From Octopus vulgaris (taxonomy: Eukaryota), in assembly GCA_951406725.2 (NCBI GenBank), contig OX597820.1, positions 119,846,001 to 119,910,000 on the forward strand: a stretch of DNA of 64,000 nucleotides, given 5' to 3'. The position numbers and the translations under genes were made by a program. The notes below the pieces were generated by a model. The model did no database searches. It saw only the letters and a list, made by a program, of their open reading frames with translations, and was not told the origin of the DNA. Shown here one piece after another: positions 44,679 to 59,925 of the stretch (its first letter is position 1; every line of letters begins with the position of its first letter).

Positions 44679-45065
44679 TAGAGGCGCAATGGCCCAGTGG
44701 TTAGGGCAGCGGAAGTGGTCGTAGGATCGTGGTTTCGATTCCCAGACCGGGCGTTGTGAGTGTTTTCTGAGCGAAAACACCTAAAGATGCACGAGGCTTC
44801 GGCAGGGATGGTGGTGATCCCTGCTGTACTCTTTCACCACAACTTTCTCTCACTCTTACTTCCTGTTTCTGTTGTACCTGTATTTCAAAGGGCCGGCCTT
44901 GTCACTCTCTGTGTCACGCTGAATATCCCCGAGAACTGCGTTAAGGGTACAGGAGTCTGTGGAGTGCTCAGCCACTTACACGTTAATTTCACGAGCAGGC
45001 TGTTCCGTTGATCGGATCGATCGGAACCCTCGTCGTCATAACCGACGGAGTGCTTCCATCCATCC
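44679..45065 (+). mobile_element. SINE family B, full length with 13-bp TSD
   Basis: TSD aataaatgcattg at 44666-44678 and 45066-45078; (catc)n tail. Confidence 0.9.
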
Positions 45066-46164
45066 AATAAATGCATTGAATCAATGATGGATCTGTCGTT
45101 AATCTGGAAATAATGGCACAGATGTTTACAAGGTGACCTTTTATATAAAATAATAGAAACGTGACTTAAGATTTGTTTGAGAAGAAACGCGACACACAAT
45201 TAACGTAGCATTCCGTATATTATTGACGTAAATAGATACGTTTCCCGGTACAGTGAGGCAAAACAGGGTCTGTCTCACGCGTCATTTTTCTACAAGACCT
45301 ACGATATAAGCCACTGCAAATTATTACATCTGCTACAAATATGCAATGTTTAAACGCCATTGTATAAAGGCTGCAGCTATGAATGTATCAGAATTGTGAA
45401 GGTTAGAAAAAACACGATGCGAGGAAGTTATCATGATTCAATTGTGAAGTGGCTTTCGTTTGCCTTCTAAAAATCAACCAGCTAAGGCGATTAACTTGAT
45501 GTTCAAGGAAATGCGAATCTAAGATCTCCTTTCAGTTTTCAAAGTGGAATCCTTCACCTTGATTGTCAGATCGCCTCAAGACAAATCCCTCATCAATGAC
45601 ATTCATTACATGGATCGATCTCTCAAAAGGCATTTCAAAATAAGTCGTTTTCTTTCTTCCCCACCCTATCGTTTTCTATCTATATCCTCCCTGATTCTTC
45701 ATATATCAATGCCTTTCCAATTCTTTGCGAAATCTCGATTTCTTCCTCTTTAACCTTCTTTACATTTCCCTCATTCCAAAGTTTTCTTTAGTGCTCTCTT
45801 TATCTCTCGTTCTCTCCCTCTTTTCTGCTCTCCCTCACTTTCTCTCCCTCTCCCTCACTCTCTCTCTCTCTCTCTTTTTGTCTGTCTATAAAGAGTTAGT
45901 GACATATGCCTTTTTGGTTTAGTTTATATAACTGAATTATTTCTACGCCTGTAATTTCCCTCTTAATAAACATTTTATATATTACTCCCCCCCTCCGCCC
46001 ACGTACTGCCAATGCATCTCTCCTTCTCTCCCTCGCTGCATGCTTCCTAAGAAACAGACCAAATATGTATATTTTCTCATATATGACTTTATTATTAACA
46101 ATCTAATTCCCGAGATTACTTCGATAATACTAGTAATAATAATACGGCTTCCAAATCATGTCTA

Positions 46165-46390
46165 CAATACAGTAAGCATTTCTACAATGCGGACACAACC
46201 AGCAATATCGGGGGAGGAGGTAAATTGATTATTCCATCATTGTGTTCAAATGGTTCTTATTTTATCGATCCCGTAGACAAGGAAATGCTAAGTCGACCTC
46301 GGCAGAATTTTAATTCGGAATTCTAAGATGGACGAAATGCCGCTAGGCATTTTGCCCGGCATGCTAACGATTCCGCCTGCTGGCAGCCTT
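46165..46390 (-). mobile_element. SINE family C, degenerate
   Basis: agtcgacctcggcagaatt...gacgaaatgccgctaggcattttgcccggcatgctaacgattccgcc. Confidence 0.75.
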
Positions 46391-46407
46391 AATAATGATA
46401 AAACTAT

Positions 46408-46409
<2 letters not shown>

Positions 46410-46481
<72 letters not shown>

Positions 46482-46518
46482 TAATAATAATAATAATATT
46501 AATAATAATAATAATATC

Positions 46519-46596
<78 letters not shown>

Positions 46597-46598
46597 TC

Positions 46599-46666
<68 letters not shown>

Positions 46667-46682
46667 TAATAATAATAATATC

Positions 46683-46750
<68 letters not shown>
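46410..46750. repeat. (TAA)n microsatellite
   Basis: Seen directly. Confidence 0.95.
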
Positions 46751-46752
<2 letters not shown>

Positions 46753-47303
46753 TGCCCTGATGCAGTACCAGGCAGTGGCTCTCATGGCTTTGATCTTAAT
46801 TGATTGGAAGTGTTATCATGTTCTACATTGTTTTGTCTTGGTATAAAAGATGGGCTACAGCAAATATTCTGCTCAATACCACAGATATGCTTGTCAGTTG
46901 TTTAACCTTAACCAGTTGACCATGTCCCTTAATGGCTGATGATATGTGCATCTCTGATCCCGAGCAGTAGTAGAGGAGTATCATAAACATATTCTGAGAG
47001 GGATTCTTTGGGGTTTGAATAATTTATCTTTGGAAACATGGGTGTTTCGTTCAACATCCTTAAACAACCCTTATTCAGGGGCATTTTGAGCGGGATGGTT
47101 TACTCGACCAGATGTAAATTCTAACTGTATTATGTGCTGTTTATGTGCTGTTTATCTTGATATGAGATCACCATGTCGCGCACATATGGTTGTGATGCAT
47201 GTGCCGGGTGTACCCTTATCAGACGGGTAGTCATGATGGGTATACTGGGCTTCGTATATTTTACTCCAGTGTCCCTTTGATGGCTTGCACTGCTCTCTCA
47301 CTC
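46751..47303 (+). mobile_element. non-coding insert in (TAA)n, probable R4/Dong-type 3' UTR
   Basis: Unique 550-bp segment flanked on both sides by (TAA)n and adjacent to the Dong-like endonuclease fragment. Confidence 0.5.
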
Positions 47304-47341
<38 letters not shown>

Positions 47342-47343
47342 TG

Positions 47344-47411
<68 letters not shown>

Positions 47412-47760
47412 CTTTAGGAGGGACAAACAAGATTGCCTAATCATCGACGTAGCAGTGCCAGAAGATCAGCATATCATCATGGAACGAAAAGAAAAAGTTG
47501 ATAAATATGGAGACTTAATATCGCCAAGTTGAATAAAGTTTATCCCTATTGCCACTGGAGCATTGTGTTGAATAATGAAATAAAATCTGAAATATAAACA
47601 AAAATCTGAAAAACCTTAGAAATACCCTACAATCTAGTTGTATAGCAAAAGTCGGCATTACTTGGAACTGCACGCATATTGCGTAAAGTAGTGTCTGTCT
47701 GAGGTCCTGGTTGTGATTTGATAAACAGTACAAACCCTCCCAATAGACACAATATCTTCA
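47412..47760 (+). mobile_element. R4/Dong-clade LINE C-terminal RLE fragment
   Basis: CLIIDVAVPEDQHIIMERKEKVDKYGDL...QKSALLGTARILRKVVSV*, starting directly after (TAA)n. Confidence 0.85.
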
Positions 47761-47932
47761 ATCAACAACCTCACGATACCGTATACTGTGCGGCGTTGCG
47801 GCGTCTAAAATGAATAATGCTAATATAACAACTACAACAACAGCAGCAGCAGCAACAGCAATATCAAGAGAAGCAATAAGAATAATGTTATTCCAATCTA
47901 AAAGTTTCATGTGACAATTTGTGATATGCACT

Positions 47933-48349
47933 TTTATTTCTTTACTGCCCACAAGGGGCTACACACAGAGGGTACAAACAAGGACAGACAAACGGATTAA
48001 GTCGATTATATCGACCCCAGTGCGTAACTGGTACTTATTTAATCGACCCCGAACGGATGAAAGGCAAAGTCGACCTCGGCGGAATTTGAACTCACAACGT
48101 AAAGACAGACGAAATACCTATTTCTTTACAACCCACAAGGGGCTACACACAAAGGGGACAAACAGGGACAGACAAACGGATTAAGTTGATTACATCGACC
48201 CCAGTGTGTAACTGGTACTTAATTTATCAACCCCTAAAGTATGAAAGGCAAAGTCGACCTCGGCGGAATTTGAACTCAGAACGTAACGGCAGACGAAATA
48301 CCGCTAAGCTTTTCGCCCGGCGTGCTAACGATTCTGCCTTCTCGCCGCC
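47933..48349 (-). mobile_element. SINE family C with internal tandem duplication and ~15-bp TSD
   Basis: TSD tttgtgatatg(c/t)act on both sides; body and tail duplicated. Confidence 0.9.
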
Positions 48350-49227
48350 TTTGTGATATGTACTCTTTCAATAAGAATACAGATTTTGTTTTTCATTTAA
48401 TGCTGGATTAATTAATAAATTATTTCATTATAGCATTTATTAAATGTTGGCGTCTTTTCTTTTAAATGACACCGTAATTTGAAATTACGCATTCTTAGCT
48501 GCAGCTCTAGATAATTATGTAGTATTAATTATGATTTTGTGATAGTCATGCGTTTGTTTTCTAAACACAATCATTTCAATAAGTAAATCGTAATTTAAAA
48601 CGTATTCTTAAATATTATCACAGATATTTAATCTTAGCACGAGGACTCCAAATTTTTTGTAGTTTCTCTTTAGCCTCGGCATTTTCGAGATGCGTGTGAA
48701 CCCTACATTCCTGCGGTGTTAATCCTACACTTCTACAAGTGTTTAATATCCATCGCATCGTGTGTGATTTGAGGAAAATTGTTCTGCTATTACTTGCAGG
48801 TTGAGTGATCAAGAAAAGAATCCCTCGGGGTCTTGAATCAATTTTGAAATATAAGATTAATGAACTCACGAAATATTTATATATTGCGTGTAGCGAAATA
48901 TTAATATATTGAATATGTTACATGGTATTTGATATTAAAATGCAGGATTGTCACGGCAAGGCTGCTTTGATATTAAGGCTGAATTAGTGGAAGTATCCAC
49001 AGCAACCTATACTCATCTCTCCATAAATTAACTCACGGCTGCTCCACATTTTCTATGTAAAAAGTCTTATACGGGATACAAAGCAAGCCAACTAGTCGAT
49101 TATGCAATGGAAAATATCTGACCATTAAAAGATCTAGCAATAACAAATAAATCATCAATTAAAAAAATATCATATGAAGAGAGGAACACATTGAATAATG
49201 TAGGCGGAAGGATTCTTTGATATTTTT

Positions 49228-49591
49228 TGCGGGCTTCAATCGTTTGACGGCGGCCATGCTGGAGCACCGCCTTTTTAATCGAGCAAATCGACCCCAGAAT
49301 TTATTCTTTGGGAGCCCAGCACCTACTCTATCGGTCACACTTTGCCGAAACGCTAAGTCACGGGGACGTAACCACACCAGAATTGGTTGTCAAGCGATAT
49401 TGTGGGCACACACACACACACACACACGTGACCGGCTTCTTTCAGTTTCTGTCTACCAAATGCACGCAAATGGCTTTGGTCGACCTGAGGCTATAGTAGA
49501 AGCAACTTGCCTAAAGTACCACGCAGTGGGACTGAACTCGGAACCATGTGGTTGGAAAGTATGCTTCTTACCACACAGCCACTCCTGTGCA
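49228..49591 (-). mobile_element. SINE family A
   Basis: Reverse complement of family A, older copy. Confidence 0.85.
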
Positions 49592-49821
49592 TATAAATGT
49601 TGCATTTGAACAAAAATAGAAGTGTGATTTGTTACATGTTTGAGGTGAATGGTGCTGCTAGGTCAGAATGGTAGAGTTATAGAATGGTTCTGCTAAGTCA
49701 ACCTTGGCAGAGTGAAAAAACAAGACGAACATCTGCTATATTTATCCATGTTGTTTATTGGAATGTTCATACAATATTTTAAAAGTGAATTTGCCGTCTT
49801 GTTTCTGACGCTCTCTCTCTC

Positions 49822-49871
<50 letters not shown>

Positions 49872-50072
49872 TCTCTCTCTCTCTCACTCTCTTTCCCCTC
49901 TGTCTTCCTCCCTCTCTTTCTCTTTCGCTCTCTTGTTGTTCTGAACCCTTGTGCTTCCGTATGCAATTGCACTTGGAACATTCACTACAACGGATGGAAC
50001 TACAAACCATAATGGCGAAAATTACGTGGGGAATAAATGGTATAAGATATAACTTCTGTTTATCGTGATCCT

Positions 50073-50167
<95 letters not shown>

Positions 50168-50171
<4 letters not shown>

Positions 50172-50244
50172 TAGACAGATAGATAGATAGACAAGTAGTT
50201 AGATAGATAGTTAGATAGATACATAGACAAATAGACAGACAGAC

Positions 50245-50339
<95 letters not shown>

Positions 50340-50408
50340 CAGATAGATAGATAGACAAGTAGGTAGATAGATAGTTAGATAGATACATAGACAAACAGAC
50401 AGACATAC

Positions 50409-50482
<74 letters not shown>

Positions 50483-50500
50483 GCAGACAGACAGACAGAC

Positions 50501-50551
<51 letters not shown>

Positions 50552-50584
50552 CAGATAGATAGATAGATAGACAGACAGATAGAC

Positions 50585-50631
<47 letters not shown>

Positions 50632-50660
50632 CAAACAGACAGACAGATAGACAGATAGAT
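50168..50660. repeat. (GATA/GACA)n microsatellite
   Basis: Seen directly. Confidence 0.95.
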
Positions 50661-51002
50661 GGTGTAAATTCGCTGTTCAGGAAGTCTTACATATTTTCCT
50701 CTCCGCTTACAGGTAGAATCACTTTATATAAGGTGTGTTTCAGCGGATTTTTTTTCTTTTTACATAAGAATTGTAGCTTCTCCAGATTACGCCTTGCTTA
50801 AATGAAATTCGCGCTTCGATATATAAGAAGCAGTGGATAAAAACACTTCGTTTCGGAAGCTCACCGAGCTGTGGAAATACAACGTGTATGCAGTTGAGGT
50901 CGAAGCACGAATTTCGTCTAAGCTGGTGGCGAGAAACGACAACAACAGTTTTCCTCGTTTGTCAATTCATAGTTGTTATACTATGAATGAAAAAGACAAG
51001 CT

Positions 51003-51429
51003 GGATCTTTTCGGTTTGAACGGCAGTTTTTTCTAGCGGTGTCATATGAAATTGTCACCCATAATTATGGCCCTAGTATCGATCTATTGCATTTCAATCT
51101 GTTTTAGGGTTAGGGTTAGTTAGGGTTAGGTGTGGGGGGAAGGGTATCATTTTTTCTTCAGAAATGTAAATAAACCCAATCTGTTTCTTAAACGAGGGAC
51201 ATATTCACACGGCACACAATGGGTTTTTTACCTCAATGGACGTCACTGATTGGTTGAAATTGCAGAAATTGAAGAAAAAACAACAAATATCTTACAAACT
51301 ATAGAATTTTCTCAAAAAAGCCAAGAGAAACAGATGTTTTATAAAGAGATTCTACCAGTATACGGAGTTTAACATTTTTTAGTTACCTAGAAATTATGTC
51401 AAAAACTGCCGTTCAAACCGAAAAGATCC
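51003..51429 (-). mobile_element. Merlin-like MITE, second copy
   Basis: TIRs ggatcttttcggtttgaacggcagttttt and aaaaactgccgttcaaaccgaaaagatcc; TSD gacaagct; internal ttagggttagggttagttaggg. Confidence 0.9.
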
Positions 51430-52424
51430 GACAAGCTTATTGCCTGGAGCGAGCTAAGACGCAAGTACTTAAACGAGATTCGTGTTTCGATACTTTTGGA
51501 AACAATACATAAAACTTTAGCTTGTATTGGAGAATCTTGCCAAACTCTAGGAAAACACGGTATAGACAGAAGAAAGAGCAGCGAATTAAAATTTACATGT
51601 GTGTGTCGTATGAAATTGAAAATATAGTCAGAATTTATAGTTCTGTGGTACTGATTGTGATAAAATATCTCCGTAGACAAATTTATCTCATACATTTCCT
51701 CAGCATATGACATCTTGCAGTGTTTTCCTTTACCATGATTCACGAATGACAAATTTAATTCAGTGCTGCTTCAATGGCGTAAATCGAGTTCAGTTTTTCT
51801 ACAGTCCGAAAAGACAATTTTATCAGCCTCTTCTTACGCGTTGAAGCAGAAATTTAATCTAAGCAATTGTCTAATAAATGCACTGTATTAAAAAGCCTCA
51901 ACAAAGTTCTAGCATTCCCGCCGACAATGAGAGTCACAAAATCGACGATGCCTGTCGTGTTCTGAGATATTCTTGTATTAGCATCACAGTAAAGTCTGCA
52001 AAGAGATTTAAACTTAGAGAGTTTAGCAACATTCTGCCAGATAGAGGTATTTCTCTCTTACTGTTTTACACGTTTCTGACATTATATATTTATTTAGCTA
52101 AATAAGTAAATATATAATTTTTAGTCTAATAGATTTTGAATTATACTTTTTCGATAAATCTTCTCTATTGGTGTTGATAAGCTACATATACCTTCCCATA
52201 GTATTTGTAATTAAGCTATTTTCTTCCTTTTCTATGGTGTTCTGCTTGATTATTTGATTTTATTTCTTTATTATTTTATAATTAGTCTTTATTTATTTAT
52301 AAATTTATTCTAATTTTTGTACCCCTATAAATTCATACTTAGCTTATGTAAAACTATAATGGTTTATTCACTACTTATCAAAAAAATCTGCTTAGATTAT
52401 AATTTTATTAATATATAATTAGCA

Positions 52425-53380
52425 TGTTTGCCAAACTTGTGCGACCAAACTTGCGCGACTTCAAAACAAAAGCCTTCTGTAGTGAATTAGTGGAGGGGAG
52501 GTGCGACGTCGTTCTCGGGCAGAATCTGCGCGTCGACGAGGAACACCTGACCCGCCTGTTCAGGAAAACTTTCGGGCCGGGACCTATGGACAATCACCAA
52601 AGATCCCTGAACTGGCAGTGCTATCGAGAAGCATTACCTGTTCGGGATAAGCTCTACAGGCACTGTTCGAGACACACTGGACTGACTTACCCAAGATGCG
52701 GCCAGAGCGACGAAACCGTTCTGTACGCACTCGTGCAGTGTCCAACCAATTCAGGCTGCTGTCACGCGTGGGACGAGTCCGCCTGTTGGCCGAGTCTATC
52801 GTGCCAACTGCTCCGCCATCTTCCCTCAACCGGGAAGGCAAGGCGGACCTCATCGTACTGGTGGCTTTAGTGAAAGAATGTGCGTGGTGGACTATAAACA
52901 AATACTTACCTCTCTGGCCAATCGCTCGTCAACTTTTTCAAGTACCACTTGGAAAGGAAGGTGAGAATGGAGAGGCAAGTTTTGTCACGTGCAAGTTTTA
53001 AAAAAATGTGAGTGAATGTATGACAGATGGTACGTGCGAGTGACGAAACCACTTTGAGCATGATCCTGTAAATCGAAAAGATAGAGCACTTTGCTCTCAT
53101 GTGTTTATTCCCTCCTTGCCTGAGGTTACCGTGGTCTTTTTCGCAGGCTTTTCTTTCCACGGATGAACTTAATCTTGCTTTATATTTTAAAAATTCTTCT
53201 GTAATACACAATCCCTTTTGATCGCCTTTCTTTCTTTTTCTTCCCAGTCCATTTTGATCGCAATTTTACTTTCTTTTTTCTCATTTTTTCCCCTTTTACT
53301 TTTTTTCATTTTCGAAAAGAAAAACTTTATATTTGTATTTGTCCCCTCTGTGTTCAGCCCTGTGTGCCCAATAAAAAAAG
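52425..53380 (+). mobile_element. L1/Tx1-clade LINE 3' fragment (zf-RVT, 3' UTR, A-rich tail)
   Basis: WQCYREALPVRDKLYRH...YPRCGQSDETVLYALVQCP degenerate zinc knuckle; ends caataaaaaaag before (TATC)n. Confidence 0.85.
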
Positions 53381-53438
53381 TTATCTATCTATCTGTCTAT
53401 CTATCTATCTCTATAGCCGTATTTTGCACTATCCACAG

Positions 53439-53518
53439 CAGTGATTTCTAACCTTCTCACGGGTTCACATCACTTGTATCTAAATGAGTTTTCCCACGGA
53501 CCCCTTTTTATATGCTGC

Positions 53519-53608
<90 letters not shown>

Positions 53609-53684
53609 TTTTGAATTTAGTTGTCGGTCCCCAAGCACTAACTTAGCAGACAGGTGTGTGTGGATCCGAGGTTGGGAACCACTG
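53439..53684. mobile_element. hAT/Charlie-like MITE with an internal microsatellite
   Basis: Ends cagtgatttctaacct and aggttgggaaccactg; internal cccacggacccc; TSD not clean. Confidence 0.6.
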
Positions 53685-53754
53685 GTCTACGCCGACAACT
53701 GGAACGAATGTTTGCATAGTTGTTCGTAACACGGTCGCTGTGAGCACTGATTGG

Positions 53755-53804
53755 CGAACTTACTGACGAGACACACGTCGAAAGAGTGGTGCCTCAGAAA
53801 GTCG
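53755..53804 (+). ncRNA. hammerhead ribozyme core candidate
   Basis: CTGACGA GAC acac GTC GAAA gagtggtgc CTC, with flanks cgaactt and aagtcg. Confidence 0.5.
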
Positions 53805-54889
53805 TGAGCCCATGAAATGAGAGCGTTAAACGCGCTATCATCGTTAAAGAGAAGTTCTTCTCCTCTGGCGTATCCAACAGCACCAATCATCATTTGCGTC
53901 GGAATGTGCCTGGTCATGTTAAGAACATGTGCAAATATTCCTCTCACACAATCCCCCACACACAAAGAACCCCCCCTACACACACATATATGTACATATG
54001 TGTGTGTTTTTGTGTATGCATGTATCTACAATGTCATACGTATATGGTGATTTAAATTTAATGCAGATTCATTCGCGTATACTGAAAATGTCCGAAAGTG
54101 TGTGCATGAAAGAGGGAGAAAGAGAGAGAGAGAGAAAGAGAATGTCAGAGAGACAGAGAGACAGAAAGACAGAGAGAGAGAGAGAGGAGTGAGAGAGATA
54201 AGTCTTCACGCTCGTATGTTTAAGGGTGTGTGTGTAACACGTTGGCTGACAAAATAGATAGAGAGAAAGATGTGTCGATGGACAGAAGCTGGCAGTTTCA
54301 AAAACATAGCAAGATCAGATTGGCGAACAAAAGATAGTTGCTTGTATCGACATCTGTAAAGAAAGAACAGATACAGCAAAGGGTCGGCAAATACTGTTTG
54401 TGTTGGCTAATGCGGATGTGTTTATTTGTTTAAGCGATACTTCTTTGTTTCTCAGACTTTTGAAGAGATATTCGTAGCCTCCTGTCAGTCAAGTTAACGT
54501 CGATACAGGCATATCGAGTTAAAATCTAAGTGAAGGATTGGATTAACGATGAAAGAGTGAGTGCCAGAGCGGAATTAAAAGAAATGGAAAGAAAGATTAG
54601 GGAAGATTACAAGGAATGAGAGAACAGAGAGTTTGATACCGAGTGGCTGAAGACGATGATCCTGCCTCAACAGGAAATGGGGGAGAGGTTGGTTGAAGTA
54701 GCAGAGAAATAAGAATGAAATATAGCAGAGAAACAAAACAATAATGAACCTTAGAGTCAGATGTAGATTAAAGCGTGGGAACAGAAAAGAACAGGGTTTT
54801 GAGAAAAGCAGATGGAGGATTGAAGCTGTGGTGAATTGTGTACGAATAAGATTGCGTGTGTGCGTGTGCCAGTGTTTGTGTGTGTGTGT

Positions 54890-54925
<36 letters not shown>

Positions 54926-55282
54926 ATATGTCGCTCATTGTATATGGTTATCGAAACAACAGAATGCACGCTAAAAGGAGAGTGGTAGAGACAAACGAGA
55001 AGAGAAAAAAAAATTGGAAGATGTATGTAAGAAAGCGATTGAAAGATGAATAAGTGATCCAATATAAGAAATGGATACTCTGGAAGGGTTGCCAGTCGCC
55101 ATATTGACATATAGTGTATTGAGAGGAAGTGGTTACACCAAGAATATAAATAAATGCAGGTAGGAAGATATGTGCGTGTGCAAGCGTCAGAATACACATG
55201 TATGTGTGTGTGTGTGTGTCTGCATTTATATAAGCACAGAGAGGAAAAGGGAAGGATAGAGAGTCATTGCTAGTTTTAGACA

Positions 55283-55363
<81 letters not shown>

Positions 55364-55504
55364 GTGCATATATATATATATATGTATATTTATGTGAATA
55401 TATATATGTATGTATATATATGCGAATATATATATATGTATGTATATATATATGTATATATATATGTGTGTATATATAGGCATGTATATATGTATATATA
55501 TGTA

Positions 55505-55601
<97 letters not shown>

Positions 55602-56189
55602 TCACGCGCATATATGCATACAGACACGCATCTACGCATTTGGAGAGAGTTAAGGATATAAAGGGATGGGCGGGGTCAGAGCGACAGAAACACCGACAGT
55701 AAGAAACTGGTGGGAAAGAAAGCTGAAATGAAGAAGGATAAAGCAAAAATATAAGACGCGTAATGAAAGCGCATCCAATTACTGAAGTTATTGAACACTT
55801 AAGTAGATTTAATGTTTACATTTTGAGGTGAAGCAAGCAATTCGGTTGACTCGAATGTAATTAGATTTCGGGCGAGAAATTAAGAGTGCGTCAAGTCGGT
55901 GGATGCCTTTCAAAGATTCCATGTCTAAAAAGATCAATCAATATCGACTTGCAAGGAATTAGCACTAAACATACACGTAGGAGTCATTGAACTTCTTTTG
56001 ACCAGCTCTTCATTACGGCTTGCAAAGCAATTTAGTCCCTTGTCACAATTGGGCGAAAACAACTGTCAAACTCTCGCGTCACCGAAAGAGAAGGGATTTA
56101 CGTTGGAATAGCGCGTCTAAGCGCGCACTTACATTCACACATACGTATACATGTATATGAATACACACACACACACACAAACACACACA

Positions 56190-56308
<119 letters not shown>

Positions 56309-56337
56309 TATATATATATATATATATATATCTATAA

Positions 56338-56368
<31 letters not shown>

Positions 56369-56407
56369 CACACACACATATATATATATATATACATATA
56401 TGTATAT

Positions 56408-56515
<108 letters not shown>

Positions 56516-57731
56516 TACACCAGTGCCTCATGCATTCGCACGAACTGTCAGATAATCAGTTGCTCTGACTCTCAACCCACCTCTCTCACACACACAAACG
56601 CACACACACTTATGCTTTCATTAATGACAAAGAATGTATTGCCGTTTATATACTAAGAGACAAATTTCAAGCGTTTGAGCCGTGATATTGTGCAGAAATA
56701 TATGCGCGTCAGAGATGCAAATTCCTGTTAAATGTATATCAAACTACAGCTATAATCCTAGATTTATAACTAGAGAAATGATATATTTCCATTCCGAGTC
56801 AGATTGGTGATCTGTAAATTTAAATTTCAAAATATCTGCAGCCAACTTTGCATACACATTGCTTATGCATGTACACAACAGCTAATAGATGCTTAATTAC
56901 TCACGAATACATTTCTAAAATGATCCACACAAATGTAAAGAAATATATCGACATTCTACAAGCTGTAGCTAAACGAAATATATAGCAAATTGTTAAGGAG
57001 ATATCCAGCACTATGTTCAATATATTGCCGTATTCCTGGTCACAGATTGTAAGAAAAGTCAGAACATATGACATATTTCTTTGCCGTTGCCGTACACGTG
57101 AAACAATCTGTAATGCCCATGATCCAATTAGATTCTCTAACTATTAAAATTTCTTTAAGTATCAAAATTTCGAAAGGGGATATAAAATGTTGAATAGCGG
57201 GCGAAATAAATCTGTCTATAAAAAGAATTTATGTAATCCGATAGCTTCTGATTCAGATATAAGGTAAACTTCCAAATTCACTACAAAAGGGCTTGAGAGC
57301 ATAGAAAATTCGCTAGCTTTCTTACACATTAGCTTAGACTTTATTGGGGGCAACCAGATCGAGCCATCTCAAGTGTAACTGCCCGAAATGGTCGTGACTT
57401 CTGGGAATTGACTGAAGAAAGAAAGTCACGAATGACCAGACTTTTTTTGGGCCTGTCCTTCTAATTGTTGTTTCTCTTGTCCGCCTTTGTATAGCCTATC
57501 CCATTATAGGAAGTGCGAACCACCAAACAACCACCAACCGACCAGCCACATTTGCAAAAGCTGCAGCCGTGAGTGTCACTCACGCATTGGCCTTGTCAGT
57601 CACAAGCGATGATGTAACACCAGTCTAATGCAAACTGAGGCGCAAATCCATAGTCGTTCGAGACTAACAGATACCAATCACTCACACACGCAGAAACATA
57701 CACACACACACACACACGACACACACACATG

Positions 57732-57793
<62 letters not shown>

Positions 57794-57802
57794 CATATAT
57801 AT

Positions 57803-57850
<48 letters not shown>

Positions 57851-58130
57851 ACATACGGGGTACTTATCTTTTAATTTTTGTATATGTTTATTATTGTTTT
57901 TTTTTTGAAAAAAACATTGTAAATTTCTTTTCACCTTTCAAGTCTTTAAAATTTGCTTTGCAATAAAAACCGGTTAGAGTTATTATTTTTGTAATTTTCC
58001 ATACACCCATTTTTATTAAAATTTGCCTTCAATTTAGTATTCTGCCTTTCCACACTTTTTCTTTCCTATCATTTCTCCACGTGCGGTCAACACAACCCCA
58101 CCATTTATTGATTGATATATATATATGTAT

Positions 58131-58162
<32 letters not shown>

Positions 58163-59242
58163 GTTTGTGTGTGTGTGTGTATGCATTTGAATGTATGTAT
58201 GTACGTATGTATGTATGTATAGAGCAAAGACCATCGCATACCAAGAATCGATCGCTTTGTTTCCATATTCGACTCGAGTCTTTTCAGTTTATTTTCCTTG
58301 CAGACTCGCATAGAGGAGTCCGTATATCCAAATATAAATATAGAAATAAATAAATCGGCTTTGAAAAAATATCTTGAATCAATTCTCCGTACGCTTGTAG
58401 AAGCCCTGCCCCACCTCTCACCTATCACTTTGCTCTCCTCGCTTTCCTCGCCTAACATCTCTCACTCTCCTATGTACTCTTCTGCTCCACTTTCTCCTCA
58501 TTTTCACTTGCCCTGCTTTTCTCCCTCCCGTGATATCCCTATCGCAACCCCCTCTCTCCCTCTCTCTGCACTCGCCAATCAATTACACTTCATAAAGAAA
58601 GTAGTATCACACTCGAGGTGGCAACCTGGAAGGACACAGAAATAGACCTACTTCTCTGGGCTTGGATTGCTGCCGAAAATGATCCCCCCCAACACCGACA
58701 ATCATAGAGCACTGTTGGATCCCTAATGCAAGCCAGCCTGAACTTCTACATGGCTGATTGGAAGTCCATCAACAAAGAGATACTCCAGCAAATCTGGCTT
58801 AAATGTCTCTCCATGCAAAACACTGACATGAAATTCAATGAAATCATTTTTTTATAAATTCTATGAACATCAACGTATATTACATTTAAAAACAATGCAT
58901 TTTTCAGAAGGCATTTCGAAACTAATGAAAGTATAACTTGAATATTTAGAAAATAGAAATTTGAAATTGTTGCCACTTTGCCATCAATTTTACTTTTGAA
59001 TTTTGCCAAAAGTGTAATATTTTCAGAGGTTGTTATCTCATAAGTTAAATTCAATACACTGTGAGATGTATCCCGTTCTGTTCGTCACCCTCGTGTCATC
59101 CTCTTTGTTCCACAAATTGTCTAACTCTGACAATGTGCATGGTTAGCTCTCTTCTACTCATTATCTGTCACCAGACCTTGTCTATGCACGAAGCCTGAAC
59201 CACGCATGCTACATCTTGTCTTTTTTTCTGATTTACTTAACA

Positions 59243-59445
59243 GATCGGCAAACGAAATCGATAGAATAACTTAGCGGTTCACCAAAAGAGGTCGATAGAA
59301 AAGTTAGCAGTTCGCCAAACGAAATCGATAGAAAAACTGTGCGGTTCGGCGAAATAGGACGAGAGAATAAATTATAAGTTCGCCGAATAACATCGATATA
59401 ATATCTTAGCGATTCGCTAAATGGTATCGAGAGAATAAATAAGCA
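59243..59445 (-). repeat. ~34-bp SINE-derived minisatellite, ~6 units
   Basis: Units of aatcgatagaataacttagcggttcgccaaa. Confidence 0.85.
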
Positions 59446-59566
59446 TGCCTAGAGAATATAACTTGGTAAATAGTAAACGACTATTATACATACACACATA
59501 CATAGACGTTTGCATTGATATATGAATCTATAAGAATGTACGTATATATATATATATATCTATATT

Positions 59567-59597
<31 letters not shown>

Positions 59598-59764
59598 CTG
59601 TGTGTGTGTAGCTATAAACATAAAGACACACACATACATGCAAATATATATATATATATATGCATACGTACATGTACACTCATATATATGCATCCATGTG
59701 TTATTTCATATGTGTTTGTACACACGCGGTATGTACACTTATATACATATATATACACATACGT

Positions 59765-59809
<45 letters not shown>

Positions 59810-59892
59810 TATATATATAAATATGTAGACATATATATATATGTATATATATATATATATGTATGCATATTTGTATATATAAATAAATAATA

Positions 59893-59925
<33 letters not shown>

